From assembly GCF_016026235.1 (NCBI RefSeq), contig NZ_CP065613.1: 64,000 nt of DNA. One strand, written 5' to 3'. This document shows positions 18,853 through 28,689 of the stretch, piece by piece. The position numbers and the translations under genes were made by a program. The notes under the pieces are model-generated. The model did no database searches and was not told the DNA's origin. It saw only the letters and a program-made list of their open reading frames with translations. How positions within the stretch are numbered: position 1 is the stretch's first letter; each line of letters starts with the position of its first letter. Source of the stretch: Escherichia coli. GTDB taxonomy: Bacteria; Pseudomonadota; Gammaproteobacteria; Enterobacterales; Enterobacteriaceae.

Positions 18853-19272
18853 TTATTCCGGTGGGGGATTATCTTTAATCCTGCCTCTCAAATATTTTTC
18901 TACATACTCATCGATTTCTTTTAGCCGGACTTCAAATAGCTCAATCATTCGTTGTTGTTCTGAGCCCGGTAGCTGGTTAAACAACTCAAGAAGTTTTCGT
19001 TGGGATTCATTTAACCACAATTCAGAAGATTCCTGTTCTCCAAAGAGGAGCTCAGGAGGAGATATGCCAAGTGCCTTTCCCAATACGACAGCGTCATGTA
19101 CTCCAACATTTCTGCTGCCCGCCTCATAGTTACCTATACGCGATTGCGTCCATCCGCAGATTTCAGCAAGTTTTCCTTGAGATAAACCAAGCTTCTGCCT
19201 GCGCTCTTTAAGACGCATTGCAATTTTGTCATTGAGCCTACTAGCGGCAATTTTTTCGTTTTCTTTTTCCAT
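18853..19272 (-). CDS. DicA/CI-like HTH (XRE family) prophage repressor
   Basis: 139-aa ORF with HTH LGLSQGKLAEICGWTQSRIGNYEAG and a C-terminal LLELFNQLPGSEQQRMIELFE resembling DicA LELFNALPESEQ. Divergent from the Cro-like gene. Confidence 0.75.
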   Translation of the reverse strand: MEKENEKIAASRLNDKIAMRLKERRQKLGLSQGKLAEICGWTQSRIGNYEAGSRNVGVHDAVVLGKALGISPPELLFGEQESSELWLNESQRKLLELFNQLPGSEQQRMIELFEVRLKEIDEYVEKYLRGRIKDNPPPE

Positions 19273-19283
19273 TGCATCCTTGT

Positions 19284-19344
19284 ATCACGAATCGTGATTT
19301 ACATAAAACACAAAACAGCTTGACTATATAACACAAGGTGTGTT
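19284..19344. promoter_or_regulatory. Divergent promoter/operator region with two palindromes
   Basis: Perfect palindrome ATCACGAATCGTGAT (19284-19298) and AACACAAGGTGTGTT (19330-19344). The latter overlaps TTGACT (19320-19325) and a TTTAAA/TAAAAT -10 for the Cro-like gene. Confidence 0.55.
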
Positions 19345-19368
19345 TAAAATTGTCATCGGAGGTTTTCA

Positions 19369-19611
19369 ATGAACAAAATTTCAACATATCGAAAACAGCT
19401 TGGGCTGTCTCAAAGACAACTTGCTGTTCAGTTAGGGTGGATACAAAGCCGACTGGCAAATTACGAAGCAAATTTTCGTACCCCTGGACTAGAGGAGTGC
19501 AGAAAAATTGTTTCTACCCTTAATCGGCTTGGCGCTCATTGTGGACTTGACGATGTATTCCCCCCAGACGGTAAGCATAGCGAAAACAGCATAGGAGCGG
19601 TTGATTCATGA
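19369..19611 (+). CDS. Cro/DicC/YdaS-like HTH protein
   Basis: 80-aa ORF with GGAGG RBS and HTH LGLSQRQLAVQLGWIQSRLANYE. Confidence 0.7.
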   Translation: MNKISTYRKQLGLSQRQLAVQLGWIQSRLANYEANFRTPGLEECRKIVSTLNRLGAHCGLDDVFPPDGKHSENSIGAVDS

Positions 19612-20030
19612 AAATCAGGCATGAGCACATCGAATCAGTGTTGTTAGCCCTGGCAGCCGAAAAAGGGCAGGCGTGGGTCGCTAACGCAATTACTGAAGAA
19701 TATCTGCGCCAGGGGGGAGGTGAATTGTCTCTGACACCAGGCAAGGACTGGAATAATCAGCAGAACATCTATCATCGTTGGTTAAAAGGTGAAACGAAAG
19801 CGCAAAGGGAAAAAATTCAGAAACTGATCCCTGCGGTTCTGGCAATTCTTCCGCGCGAGCTGCGTCACCGACTCTGCATCTTCGATACCCTGGAACGCCG
19901 TGCATTACTGGCGGCGCAGGAAGCGTTGAGTACGGCAATTGATGCGCATGATGATGCAGTCCAGGCCGTTTACCGGAAAGCGCATTTCAGCGGCGGCGGG
20001 TCTTCCGACGATTCTGTCATTGTTCATTAA
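19608..20030 (+). CDS. YdaT-like (CII-type regulatory) protein
   Basis: 140-aa ORF MKIRHEHIESVLLALAAEKGQAWVANAITEEYLRQGGGEL... matches the remembered Rac YdaT. ATGA overlap with the upstream gene. Confidence 0.7.
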   Translation: MKIRHEHIESVLLALAAEKGQAWVANAITEEYLRQGGGELSLTPGKDWNNQQNIYHRWLKGETKAQREKIQKLIPAVLAILPRELRHRLCIFDTLERRALLAAQEALSTAIDAHDDAVQAVYRKAHFSGGGSSDDSVIVH

Positions 20031-20093
20031 GCAAAAGTTTCCATGCTGTTTGTGCTTATTCTAAGCAACCGGGCAGCATCATACGGGGCAATT

Positions 20094-21242
20094 ATGGCCG
20101 CATTACCATACATGCAACTGTACATAGCTGATTACCTGGCTGACACCATGCATTTGTCAGCAGAGGAGCACGGCGCGTATTTGTTGCTGATGTTCAATTA
20201 CTGGCAAACAGGAAAGCCAATACCCAAAAACAGGTTGGCAAAAATTGCCCGTCTGACTAACGAGCGATGGGTTGATGTTGAACCATCCTTGCGGGAGTTT
20301 TTTTGTGATAACGGCGACGAATGGATGCATCTTCGGATTGAGGAAGATCTGGCATCTGTCAGAGAAAAATTAACCAAAAAATCAGCCGCAGGAAAAGCAT
20401 CTGTTCAGGCCAGAAGAAGCAGAAAGGAAGCAGATGTTCAAACAAAACAAGAGAGAAATTTAACAGGTGTTCAAACAGATGTTGGAGTGATGTTCGAACA
20501 TGATGCCAACACAAAGGCAACTAATAAAGATACAGATAAAGATCTAAAAACAGATCTAACCCATCCCAAACCCTTCCCTTCCGGAAGGGAGTTTCGGGAT
20601 TTTGTGGCTGGAGTGCTTGAGGGGAGATTATCTGGCGGTACTGCAGCGGAATTTTGTAATTCTGCGGTGGTTGCGTTGCAGGCTGCTGGCCTGGATGTCT
20701 GTCGTGAGTATCCGGTGCCAGAGCGTGGTGACGGTTGCGGAGGGCGGATTGATATCGTCGTGACTGACAGGAACGGTGTCCGGTGTGGGATCGAGCTTGA
20801 CCGAAATTCTCCGCGACAGAAATCACTGCTCAAAATCGGTGCTGTTGAAACCGGGATATGTGTCTTGCGGCGCAGTGATATCGCAAGGCACACCGAGCAG
20901 GGAATTCTGGTTATCGGTGGGGCTGTTCGCCAGAAAAAATTTGACCCGTTGTCAGTTGATCTGCCCGACTGGTTGCCAGAAACACTCTGGCATGAGTGGG
21001 TCCAGTTCAGGCAGGCATTGCGAAAACCGATTCGAACGGAGCAGGGCGCTAACGGGGCGATACGGGAACTGGAAAAATTCCGTCAGCAGGGTTTTACACC
21101 TGAGCAGGTGATTCGACACAGCATCGCCAATGAATACCAGGGTCTGTTCGCGCCGAAAGGTGTTCGGCCTGAGACGTTGCTCCGACAGGTTAACACCGTC
21201 TCGTTGCCGGACAGTGCGATCCCGCCAGGCTTCAGGGGGTAA
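20094..21242 (+). CDS. DUF1376 (YdaU-like) replication-initiation protein with a central nuclease-like insert
   Basis: Start placed at MAALPYMQLYIADYLADTMHLSAEEHGAYLLLMFNYWQTGKP (DUF1376 N-terminus). The middle segment GRIDIVVTDRNGVRCGIELDRNSPRQK resembles a PD-(D/E)xK / DUF559-type motif. Confidence 0.65.
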   Translation: MAALPYMQLYIADYLADTMHLSAEEHGAYLLLMFNYWQTGKPIPKNRLAKIARLTNERWVDVEPSLREFFCDNGDEWMHLRIEEDLASVREKLTKKSAAGKASVQARRSRKEADVQTKQERNLTGVQTDVGVMFEHDANTKATNKDTDKDLKTDLTHPKPFPSGREFRDFVAGVLEGRLSGGTAAEFCNSAVVALQAAGLDVCREYPVPERGDGCGGRIDIVVTDRNGVRCGIELDRNSPRQKSLLKIGAVETGICVLRRSDIARHTEQGILVIGGAVRQKKFDPLSVDLPDWLPETLWHEWVQFRQALRKPIRTEQGANGAIRELEKFRQQGFTPEQVIRHSIANEYQGLFAPKGVRPETLLRQVNTVSLPDSAIPPGFRG

Positions 21243-21248
21243 CAGACC

Positions 21249-21995
21249 ATGAAAAATATTGCGACAGGAGGCGTTCTGGAGCGTATCCGCAGACTGACCC
21301 CACCACATGTAACCGCCCCATTCAGAACGGTTGCGGAGTGGCGCGAGTGGCAACTTGCTGAAGGCCAGAAACGTTGCGAGGAGATCAACCGCCTGAATCG
21401 TCAGTTGCGGGTGGAAAAAATCCTGAACCGCTCCGGCATCCAGCCGTTGCACCGGAAGTGTTCGTTTGCGAATTACCGGGCGCAGAACGACGGTCAGCGA
21501 CATGCACTGAGTCAGGCGAAATCCATAGCTGACGAACTGATGACAGGCTGTACGAATTTTGTGTTCAGCGGTAAGCCCGGCACCGGAAAAAATCATCTTG
21601 CAGCCGCGATTGGCAACCGGCTGATGGCGAAGGGGCGTAGCGTGATTATCGTCACCGTGTCCGATGTCATGAGCGTGTTGCATGAGAGCTACGACAACGG
21701 CAAATCCGGTGAAAAATTTTTACAGGAGCTTTGTGGTGTTGACCTGCTGGTCCTGGATGAAATTGGCATGCAGCGGGATACGAAAAACGAGCAGGTGGTA
21801 CTGAACCAGATTGTTGATCGCCGGACGGCATCGTTACGCGGTGTGGGGATGCTGACAAATATTAACCATGCAGCGATGAATACACTTCTCGGCGAGCGGG
21901 TGATGGATCGCATGGTCATGAACGGCGGGCGCTGGGTGAATTTTAACTGGGAGAGCTGGCGTCCGAATGTTAGCCATTCGAGGGTTGTTAAGTAG
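21249..21995 (+). CDS. DnaC/IstB-like helicase-loader ATPase (YdaV-like)
   Basis: 248-aa ORF with Walker A GKPGTGKNHLAAAIG and Walker B LLVLDEIG. Confidence 0.8.
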   Translation: MKNIATGGVLERIRRLTPPHVTAPFRTVAEWREWQLAEGQKRCEEINRLNRQLRVEKILNRSGIQPLHRKCSFANYRAQNDGQRHALSQAKSIADELMTGCTNFVFSGKPGTGKNHLAAAIGNRLMAKGRSVIIVTVSDVMSVLHESYDNGKSGEKFLQELCGVDLLVLDEIGMQRDTKNEQVVLNQIVDRRTASLRGVGMLTNINHAAMNTLLGERVMDRMVMNGGRWVNFNWESWRPNVSHSRVVK

Positions 21996-22009
21996 TTTCA
22001 GGAGGATTT

Positions 22010-22432
22010 ATGGCGAAACCTTTTACTCCCGAACAGCGGGAAGAACTGAAGACGCGAATTGTGGAACTCGTGCATCAGGACGGTCGGGTCACGATTCGGC
22101 AGTTGTCAGATGAAACAGGTATCAGTCGTGCGTCTGTCGGTCGCTTATGCATGGAACTGGTCGCAAGTGGTGATGTATATAATTCTGGCTACGGGGTATT
22201 TCCCTCTGAACAGGCTCATAAAGACTGGCAAAACGCCCGCAAAAAGCTATCGAGGGTAAAGGTGAAGAAACCGGTTGTGGTTGATCCTGACCTTATCTGG
22301 TCATTACCAGACGGAGAAATACGCCGCTACGACAGGCGCCTGAATATAATCTGTCGCGAGTGCCGGAAGAGCGAAGCTATGCAGCGCGTGCTGGCGTTTT
22401 ATCAGGGGAAATTTCAGGAGGCGGTACTGTGA
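22010..22432 (+). CDS. Hypothetical winged-helix-like phage protein (140 aa)
   Basis: GGAGG RBS. Segment RVTIRQLSDETGISRASVGRLCMELVASGDV looks like a wHTH. Confidence 0.5.
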   Translation: MAKPFTPEQREELKTRIVELVHQDGRVTIRQLSDETGISRASVGRLCMELVASGDVYNSGYGVFPSEQAHKDWQNARKKLSRVKVKKPVVVDPDLIWSLPDGEIRRYDRRLNIICRECRKSEAMQRVLAFYQGKFQEAVL

Positions 22433-22475
22433 GTAAAATTAGCTATGAAGTGGTCAACAAAAACTGGCCACCGAG

Positions 22476-23623
<1,148 letters not shown>

Positions 23624-23742
23624 TATGGCACCTGTGTTGTTCTGAGGTGAGCATATCACCTCTGTTCAGGTGGCCAAATTCAGTAAACCACTTCACTATC
23701 AGGCTTCAATTACCGCTGGTATTCGCATCAAAGGAGAGGAGC

Positions 23743-24099
23743 ATGGAAATAAAACCAGAAGATGAGTTAAGCAATATCGTTTTATTTCCGGTAAAAGAGG
23801 ATGACCCACGTAATCAGGTTAATTTTCTTTATGAACCATCGGAAAGACCATATTGCCATCACGCCTCTGTCCGGGTTGACGAAAAAGAGCGTCAGGTCCG
23901 CTGTAAAATCTGCGGTGCGGTTGTGGAGCCGTTTGACTGGATGCTCTCTGTGGCAAAAAGAGAAACCAGACTGGCAGATGATGTAAGGCTATTGCGCCAG
24001 GAGGAACAGGAAAGGCGGAGAAATATAGAAAAGCTGATACAGATTGAGCGTAACGCGAAAGCGCGGATACGCAGGGCGACAAAATCCAGAACTGAATAA
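23743..24099 (+). CDS. Hypothetical zinc-ribbon/coiled-coil protein (118 aa)
   Basis: AGGAGAGGAG RBS. CHH...C..C motif (YCHHASVRVDEKERQVRCKICGAVVEPF) followed by a basic coiled coil. Confidence 0.5.
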   Translation: MEIKPEDELSNIVLFPVKEDDPRNQVNFLYEPSERPYCHHASVRVDEKERQVRCKICGAVVEPFDWMLSVAKRETRLADDVRLLRQEEQERRRNIEKLIQIERNAKARIRRATKSRTE

Positions 24100-24191
24100 T
24101 TAAATTTAGCACTGTTAAAAATTTAATCCTTAACCGGAGGGATTTCTGCACCCTCAAATCATCAGGAGACCGCCCGAAAGGGCGGTAATGA

Positions 24192-24410
24192 ATGGTTACA
24201 TTATTTAGAAAAAAATATCCGCGAAAGAGTAGAACAACAGAATTCCTGTTTCTCATTCTGTTTATCGTGTTGATGACACCGATATCCCCACTAATTTTTG
24301 TCTGGATAATCGGAAAAATAATTGAGCCAGTTATTGAATTGTATAACGACGTGGTATGGGCGTCATTCAACACACTGCACAATAAAATTAATCCGTATAA
24401 GGAAAGCTGA
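24192..24410 (+). CDS. Hypothetical small membrane protein (72 aa)
   Basis: One strongly hydrophobic helix (FLFLILFIVLMTPISPLIFVWIIG). No clear RBS. Confidence 0.35.
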   Translation: MVTLFRKKYPRKSRTTEFLFLILFIVLMTPISPLIFVWIIGKIIEPVIELYNDVVWASFNTLHNKINPYKES

Positions 24411-24411
24411 T

Positions 24412-24777
24412 ATGGCACTGACGAAAAAACAACGTGCAGAACTGCGCATGAAGTTCGGTGGTCGCTGCGCTTATTGCGGCTGCGAACTTGGCGAAAAGTG
24501 GCATGCAGACCATGTAAAACCGGTCATTCGTTTTGATGGAAATATGCTTCACCAGGAACGTGACGATATATCCAACATGGTACCAGCATGCCACCCATGC
24601 AATCTGCACAAGCATTGCAGTAGCCTGGAAGATTATCGACGAATTATCAGTGATGGTCGTCGTGAATTCCTTGCGTCCGGGAAAGGCAAAGCGCTGGTTC
24701 GTATGGGATTGGTTGAAATGAAATCTGACCCGGTTGTGTTCTGGTTTGAAAAATATCAAGAAGGGGCTACGGCATGA
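24412..24777 (+). CDS. HNH endonuclease
   Basis: Start at MALTKKQRAELRMKFGGRCAYCGCELGEKWHADHVKPV...NMVPACHPCNLHK (CxxC...H-N-H...CxxC). Confidence 0.8.
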   Translation: MALTKKQRAELRMKFGGRCAYCGCELGEKWHADHVKPVIRFDGNMLHQERDDISNMVPACHPCNLHKHCSSLEDYRRIISDGRREFLASGKGKALVRMGLVEMKSDPVVFWFEKYQEGATA

Positions 24778-25439
24778 CCACTATTACCAAAGAGCGACTG
24801 CAATGGCTGGCTAACATTTCTGGCCGCGATGATATTGACGATATAGACGGCGGTGAAATTCGTGAACTGGCGCTTATCGCTCTGGCATCACTGGAAGCAG
24901 AGCCTGTAGCGGAATGCATTGTTGAAGATGGGGGCATGTGTATTGACGGGTTCGGTGAGTATGTGGGTCACTCGCTGCCTGATGGAATGCATGAGCTTTA
25001 TGCTGCCCCGCGAATGCGACAACCTGATGGATGGAAAGCCGTAGCTGTAGCGTGGAAGGTGACGTTTACTCAAGTTGACCAGGAATCTAATACGTTCACT
25101 GCTATATATTTTGACAAAGCGGAAGTTGAGCGTTGGGTACGACTGCATAAAGCATGTGATTTTCGGGCAGATATAACACCGCTTTACGCAGCGCCGGCAG
25201 TGCCGGTTGCAGTAAACGACGACATGGCTTACGCATTCCATCACGCACTGTCAGATTCATCGCTTGGCTCTGATGAAATCGAAGAAATTAAAACCGGTTT
25301 GCGTGCTGCCTTTGCCAACGTCACTATCCAACCAGAGCCGATAGTGCCGGATGAAATCGGGCCAAACGATAGTAATACGTTTGATTATGTTGATGGCTGG
25401 AACGCCTGCCGCGCTGCCATGCTTAAGGGAGATAAATAA
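24774..25439 (+). CDS. Hypothetical nin-region protein (221 aa)
   Basis: ATGA overlap with the HNH gene. Acidic protein ending GWNACRAAMLKGDK. Confidence 0.5.
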   Translation: MTTITKERLQWLANISGRDDIDDIDGGEIRELALIALASLEAEPVAECIVEDGGMCIDGFGEYVGHSLPDGMHELYAAPRMRQPDGWKAVAVAWKVTFTQVDQESNTFTAIYFDKAEVERWVRLHKACDFRADITPLYAAPAVPVAVNDDMAYAFHHALSDSSLGSDEIEEIKTGLRAAFANVTIQPEPIVPDEIGPNDSNTFDYVDGWNACRAAMLKGDK

Positions 25440-25804
25440 TGATTAATCGAACCAAACTGGAGCACATTCTCGAATATGCCAGGCAGCAGAAATGTATTGG
25501 GCAACTTTGTAAAATTCCACCAGGAGATATGGTTGAAATCGTGGAAATGGCCATGCGTAAGGCTGGCAACTCTCCGGTAACTCCGGCTGGCTGGATAAGC
25601 TGTAGTGATGCAGTTCCTGCTGAATATTGCGATGTGATTCTTCTCGATGATCTCGGGAATGTATTCCCCGGTTCCTGGGATAAGGTTTTTTGCCCCACTC
25701 GTGGCGGGAATAAGATGGCTTTTGTGGACAAAGACGGCGTTGAAGTAGAGAGCTCAACTCACTGGATGCCGCTACCGGAACCACCGCAGGAGGTGAATCA
25801 ATGA
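25439..25804 (+). CDS. DUF551-like phage protein
   Basis: 121 aa. The C-terminal HWMPLPEPP is typical of DUF551. Confidence 0.55.
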   Translation: MINRTKLEHILEYARQQKCIGQLCKIPPGDMVEIVEMAMRKAGNSPVTPAGWISCSDAVPAEYCDVILLDDLGNVFPGSWDKVFCPTRGGNKMAFVDKDGVEVESSTHWMPLPEPPQEVNQ

Positions 25805-25884
25805 CCTGGCCTGAGGCATTCACCACGGTAGGAATTGCGATGGCGGTGGCGCTGGTGGTGTATTCGATTTGCCGTTGGGGTTAA
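25801..25884 (+). CDS. Possible 27-aa membrane peptide
   Basis: ATGA overlap with the upstream gene. Translation MTWPEAFTTVGIAMAVALVVYSICRWG*, followed directly by a terminator. Below the ORF-track cutoff. Confidence 0.3.
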   Translation: MTWPEAFTTVGIAMAVALVVYSICRWG

Positions 25885-25890
25885 CAAACA

Positions 25891-25920
25891 AAAACCCCGG
25901 ATTGATGGTCCGGGGTTTTT
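25891..25920 (+). terminator. Intrinsic terminator
   Basis: AAAACCCCGGATTGATGGTCCGGGGTTTTT. Confidence 0.8.
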
Positions 25921-26090
25921 GAAGGAAACAAAACAGAAACAGCAATTGCCGTTACCTGTTGTTACCATGGCAAGTAAACGTATCTCAGGCGAGCGCATTG
26001 CGCCGTTCTGACGCAGATAAACTAGCCTGGATAGATGGTGCTGGCAATAAAAAATAGCGTTTTCTTATCGGTGTCGGTAAGATTGCTGCG

Positions 26091-26258
26091 GGTGCTTGAG
26101 GCTGTCTGCCTCGGGCATGTCACTGTAAGGCAGACAGAGAAAAGCCCCAGTTAACATTACGCGTCCTGCAAGACGCTTAACATTAATCTGAGGCCCAATC
26201 TATGTCTCACAAATGTAGGTTAGCCTCTTACGTGCCGAAAGGCAAGGAGAAGCAGGCT
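26091..26258 (+). promoter_or_regulatory. hok mRNA leader with mok reading frame and 5' tac element
   Basis: GGTGCTTGAGGCTGTCTGCCTCGGG... parallels the remembered 5' end of R1 hok mRNA (GGCGCUUGAGGCUUUCUGCCUC). The 3' segment CCTCAACGCACC (about 26466-26477) can pair with the 5' end (fbi-like). The mok ORF starts at 26202. Confidence 0.6.
26155..26215 (-). ncRNA. Putative Sok-like antisense RNA (coordinates approximate)
   Basis: Expected antisense partner of the mok leader. Hairpin GCGTCTTGCAGGACGC on the minus strand and a weak TTGCCT-17-TAACCT promoter upstream. Not independently verifiable here. Confidence 0.3.
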
Positions 26259-26414
26259 ATGAAGCAGCAAAAGGCGATGTTAATCGCCCTGATCGTCATC
26301 TGTTTAACCGTCATTGTGACGGCACTGGTAACGAGGAAAGACCTCTGCGAGGTACGAATCCGAACCGGCCAGACGGAGGTCGCTGTCTTCGTAGACTACG
26401 AATCTAGAGAGTAA
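26259..26414 (+). CDS. Hok-family type I toxin (HokD/RelF-like)
   Basis: MKQQKAMLIALIVICLTVIVTALVTRKDLCEVRIRTGQTEVAVFVDYESRE (51 aa), with AAGGAG RBS. Near-identical to the remembered HokD. Confidence 0.85.
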   Translation: MKQQKAMLIALIVICLTVIVTALVTRKDLCEVRIRTGQTEVAVFVDYESRE

Positions 26415-26692
26415 GAGTGACCAGGCGGGAGAGTAATCTCCCGCCACCTTTGATGTGTCAGGCATCCTCAACGCACCCGCACTTAACCCGTTTCGGCGGT
26501 TTTTTTTGTTGCGTGCTGAATACGCAGGGTGAAAAATAACCATATATTTGATTATATACACAACAAAAAATAAAAGTCATTGTACTTGCACATTAAACAA
26601 TCAAATATACGGCGTGAAATAAATGTTTTTCAGATTAATATTTTTGTCTCTATGTGGATATAACCGTTTGTACTTATAAACCTGGAGGCATC

Positions 26693-26905
26693 GTGGAAAA
26701 AATAAAGAAACTATTTAGTAGCAAATACGCAGTCATACGTCGTGATGACCTGTCAGTTATAGTCGAAATGGATTACTTCCCTGAAACCCCAAAATCAATA
26801 ATGTATCGTAATGGTCGAAAGGCAATTTTTTTACCGATGAGGGTAAGTGACATTATGGGAAATGATAAACTGCTGGATGAATTGCGAGTCAGAGCATCCT
26901 GTTAG
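26693..26905 (+). CDS. Hypothetical small protein (70 aa from GTG; 83 aa from the track start)
   Basis: GGAGG 5 nt upstream of the GTG at 26693. AT-rich upstream region. Position between hok and DUF1367 corresponds to rem in Qin (from memory); similarity not verified. Confidence 0.4.
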   Translation: MEKIKKLFSSKYAVIRRDDLSVIVEMDYFPETPKSIMYRNGRKAIFLPMRVSDIMGNDKLLDELRVRASC

Positions 26906-26976
26906 TATTGGCATTAATTCTGGTATACTACATAACGGGCTGAACACCCATTCTACTGCGCCAGCGGAGAACTACG

Positions 26977-27576
26977 ATGGCGCATATACAACTGGTCAAA
27001 CAAACCTCTTCCGGATTACTTCTCCCGGCGACGCCGGAGAGTTGCGATTTTTTGCATCAAATCAAAATAGGTGAGTGGATACACGCAGACTTTAAGCGTG
27101 TGCGTAACTACGCATTCCACAAGCGTTTTTTCAAACTCCTGCAACTGGGATTTGATTACTGGACTCCGGTCGGTGGGGCGATCACGCCTCGCGAACGAAA
27201 ACTGGTATCAGGCTTCGTTGATTACCTGTGCGAATCAGTAGGTCGGGAACACACTCCAGCCCTGAGTGATGCCGCAGAGCAATACCTTAATACAGTTGCG
27301 ACATGCAGAACCCGGGATACGGCATTGCTAAAGTCGTTTGACGCTTTCCGCGAGTGGGTAACCATTCAGGCCGGATTTTACACCGAGCATATTTATCCTG
27401 ATGGTAGTCGTGGGCGCAGGGCAAAATCTATCGCATTTGCGAACATGGACGAAACCGAGTTTCAGCAGGTTTATAAATCTGTACTGAATGTGCTGTGGAA
27501 CTGGATCCTGTTCCGTAAATTTTCCTCTCCGGAACAAGTCGAAAATGTGGCCGCGCAGCTACTGGAGTTTGCGTAA
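26977..27576 (+). CDS. DUF1367-family phage protein (YdfU-like)
   Basis: 199 aa, MAHIQLVKQTSSGLLLPATPESCDFLHQIKIGEWIHADFKRVRNYAFHKRFFKLL... Confidence 0.6.
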   Translation: MAHIQLVKQTSSGLLLPATPESCDFLHQIKIGEWIHADFKRVRNYAFHKRFFKLLQLGFDYWTPVGGAITPRERKLVSGFVDYLCESVGREHTPALSDAAEQYLNTVATCRTRDTALLKSFDAFREWVTIQAGFYTEHIYPDGSRGRRAKSIAFANMDETEFQQVYKSVLNVLWNWILFRKFSSPEQVENVAAQLLEFA

Positions 27577-27866
27577 TGGTGGATTTACGTAAAGCGGCGC
27601 GGGGGCAGATGTGCACCGTCAGAATTCCTGGCTACTGCAATCACGATCCGGAAACGTCTGTGCTGGCGCATTACCGACTGGCGGGAACGTGCGGAACAGC
27701 GACAAAACCACACGATATGCAGGCGGCGATTGCCTGTAGCTCATGCCACGATTTAATCGACGGGCGGGTAAAAACAAGCGATTACACCAAAGAAGAATTA
27801 CGCCTGATACATGCAGAAGGTGTTTTTCGCACGCAAGAAATCTGGAGAAAGGAAGGTTATTTATGA
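27576..27866 (+). CDS. DUF1364 / YbcO-like putative nuclease
   Basis: 96 aa. Cys/His ligand pattern CTVRIPGYCNHD...CSSCHDLIDG. ATGG overlap with the upstream gene. Confidence 0.6.
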   Translation: MVDLRKAARGQMCTVRIPGYCNHDPETSVLAHYRLAGTCGTATKPHDMQAAIACSSCHDLIDGRVKTSDYTKEELRLIHAEGVFRTQEIWRKEGYL

Positions 27867-28417
27867 TTTACCCAACAAATACAGGCAAAAGCGGGGAACA
27901 CCTTCGTCTCACCACGCTGGAAAGTGTCTGGATTCAGGGAAAACTGCGCATGTGGGGGCGCTGGTCGTATATTGGCGGCGGTAAGACGGGGAATATGTTC
28001 AACCAGTTGTTGGCCTCTAAAAAGCTGACAAAAACGGCAATTAACGAGGCGCTCCGGAGGATGAAAAAAGCAGGTCTGGACAAACCTGAACTTGAGGCTT
28101 TTTTGCGGGATATGATCAACGGCAAGCAAAAAAGCTGGCTGGTGCATTGTACTGACGCAGAGGCGTTATGCATTGATCGGGTGATTAGTGAAGTGCTGGC
28201 AGAACACCCAGGATTGATTTGTATCCTCCGGCAACGATATGAAGGGAGTGGGATGACTAAGCGAAAAATGGCTGAATTGCTGAATGATTCACACCCTGAG
28301 TGGTGTTATCGGACGTGTTGCAGTCGGGTTGATGTATGGCTAAATCTTGCTGAATATATGCTCTATCTACCGATGCGTGATGCATTCTCTTCCGGGGATC
28401 TAAAAACCGTCTGTTGA
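27863..28417 (+). CDS. Late-gene antiterminator Q
   Basis: Start at MIYPTNTGKSGEHLRLTTLESVWIQGKLRMWGRWSYIGGGKTGNMF (184 aa). Overlaps the upstream stop (ATGA). Followed by a strong promoter and terminator, as for lambdoid PR'-tR'. Confidence 0.7.
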   Translation: MIYPTNTGKSGEHLRLTTLESVWIQGKLRMWGRWSYIGGGKTGNMFNQLLASKKLTKTAINEALRRMKKAGLDKPELEAFLRDMINGKQKSWLVHCTDAEALCIDRVISEVLAEHPGLICILRQRYEGSGMTKRKMAELLNDSHPEWCYRTCCSRVDVWLNLAEYMLYLPMRDAFSSGDLKTVC

Positions 28418-28443
28418 CTCAATCTGTTATCCGGGGCTATATT
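28414..28443 (+). promoter_or_regulatory. Candidate late promoter PR' (TTGACT-18 nt-TATATT)
   Basis: Overlaps the end of Q. About 60 nt downstream lies an intrinsic terminator, the canonical Q-antitermination arrangement. Confidence 0.55.
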
Positions 28444-28505
28444 CCTCACGCGCCAGCAAAATCTGGCGTCGGGATTGGCGTCCCGGATGTTTACGGAGCG
28501 ATATG

Positions 28506-28527
28506 AGACGCGCCCGCGTCTTTTTTC
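28506..28527 (+). terminator. tR'-like intrinsic terminator
   Basis: GAGACGCGCCCGCGTCTTTTTTC. Confidence 0.7.
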
Positions 28528-28689
28528 ATATCGTTTGCACAGTCTCATTCGCGATTTATGGCGGGCTGTGTGGGGGAGCCGAAAGGCTCGCCGGTTTCCG
28601 TACCCGGTTACGCCAACCCTGCACAGTTCGCCACCAGTTCGATTGGCGTCGTCGGTGGCGATAATTTCCAAATGTACGGAGTTATCGTT

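Noticed and set aside
20952-21683. 243-aa minus-strand ORF spanning the YdaU-like/DnaC-like junction
   Set aside because: Antisense to two genes with clear domain signatures (DUF1376 and Walker A/B). It has no start context.
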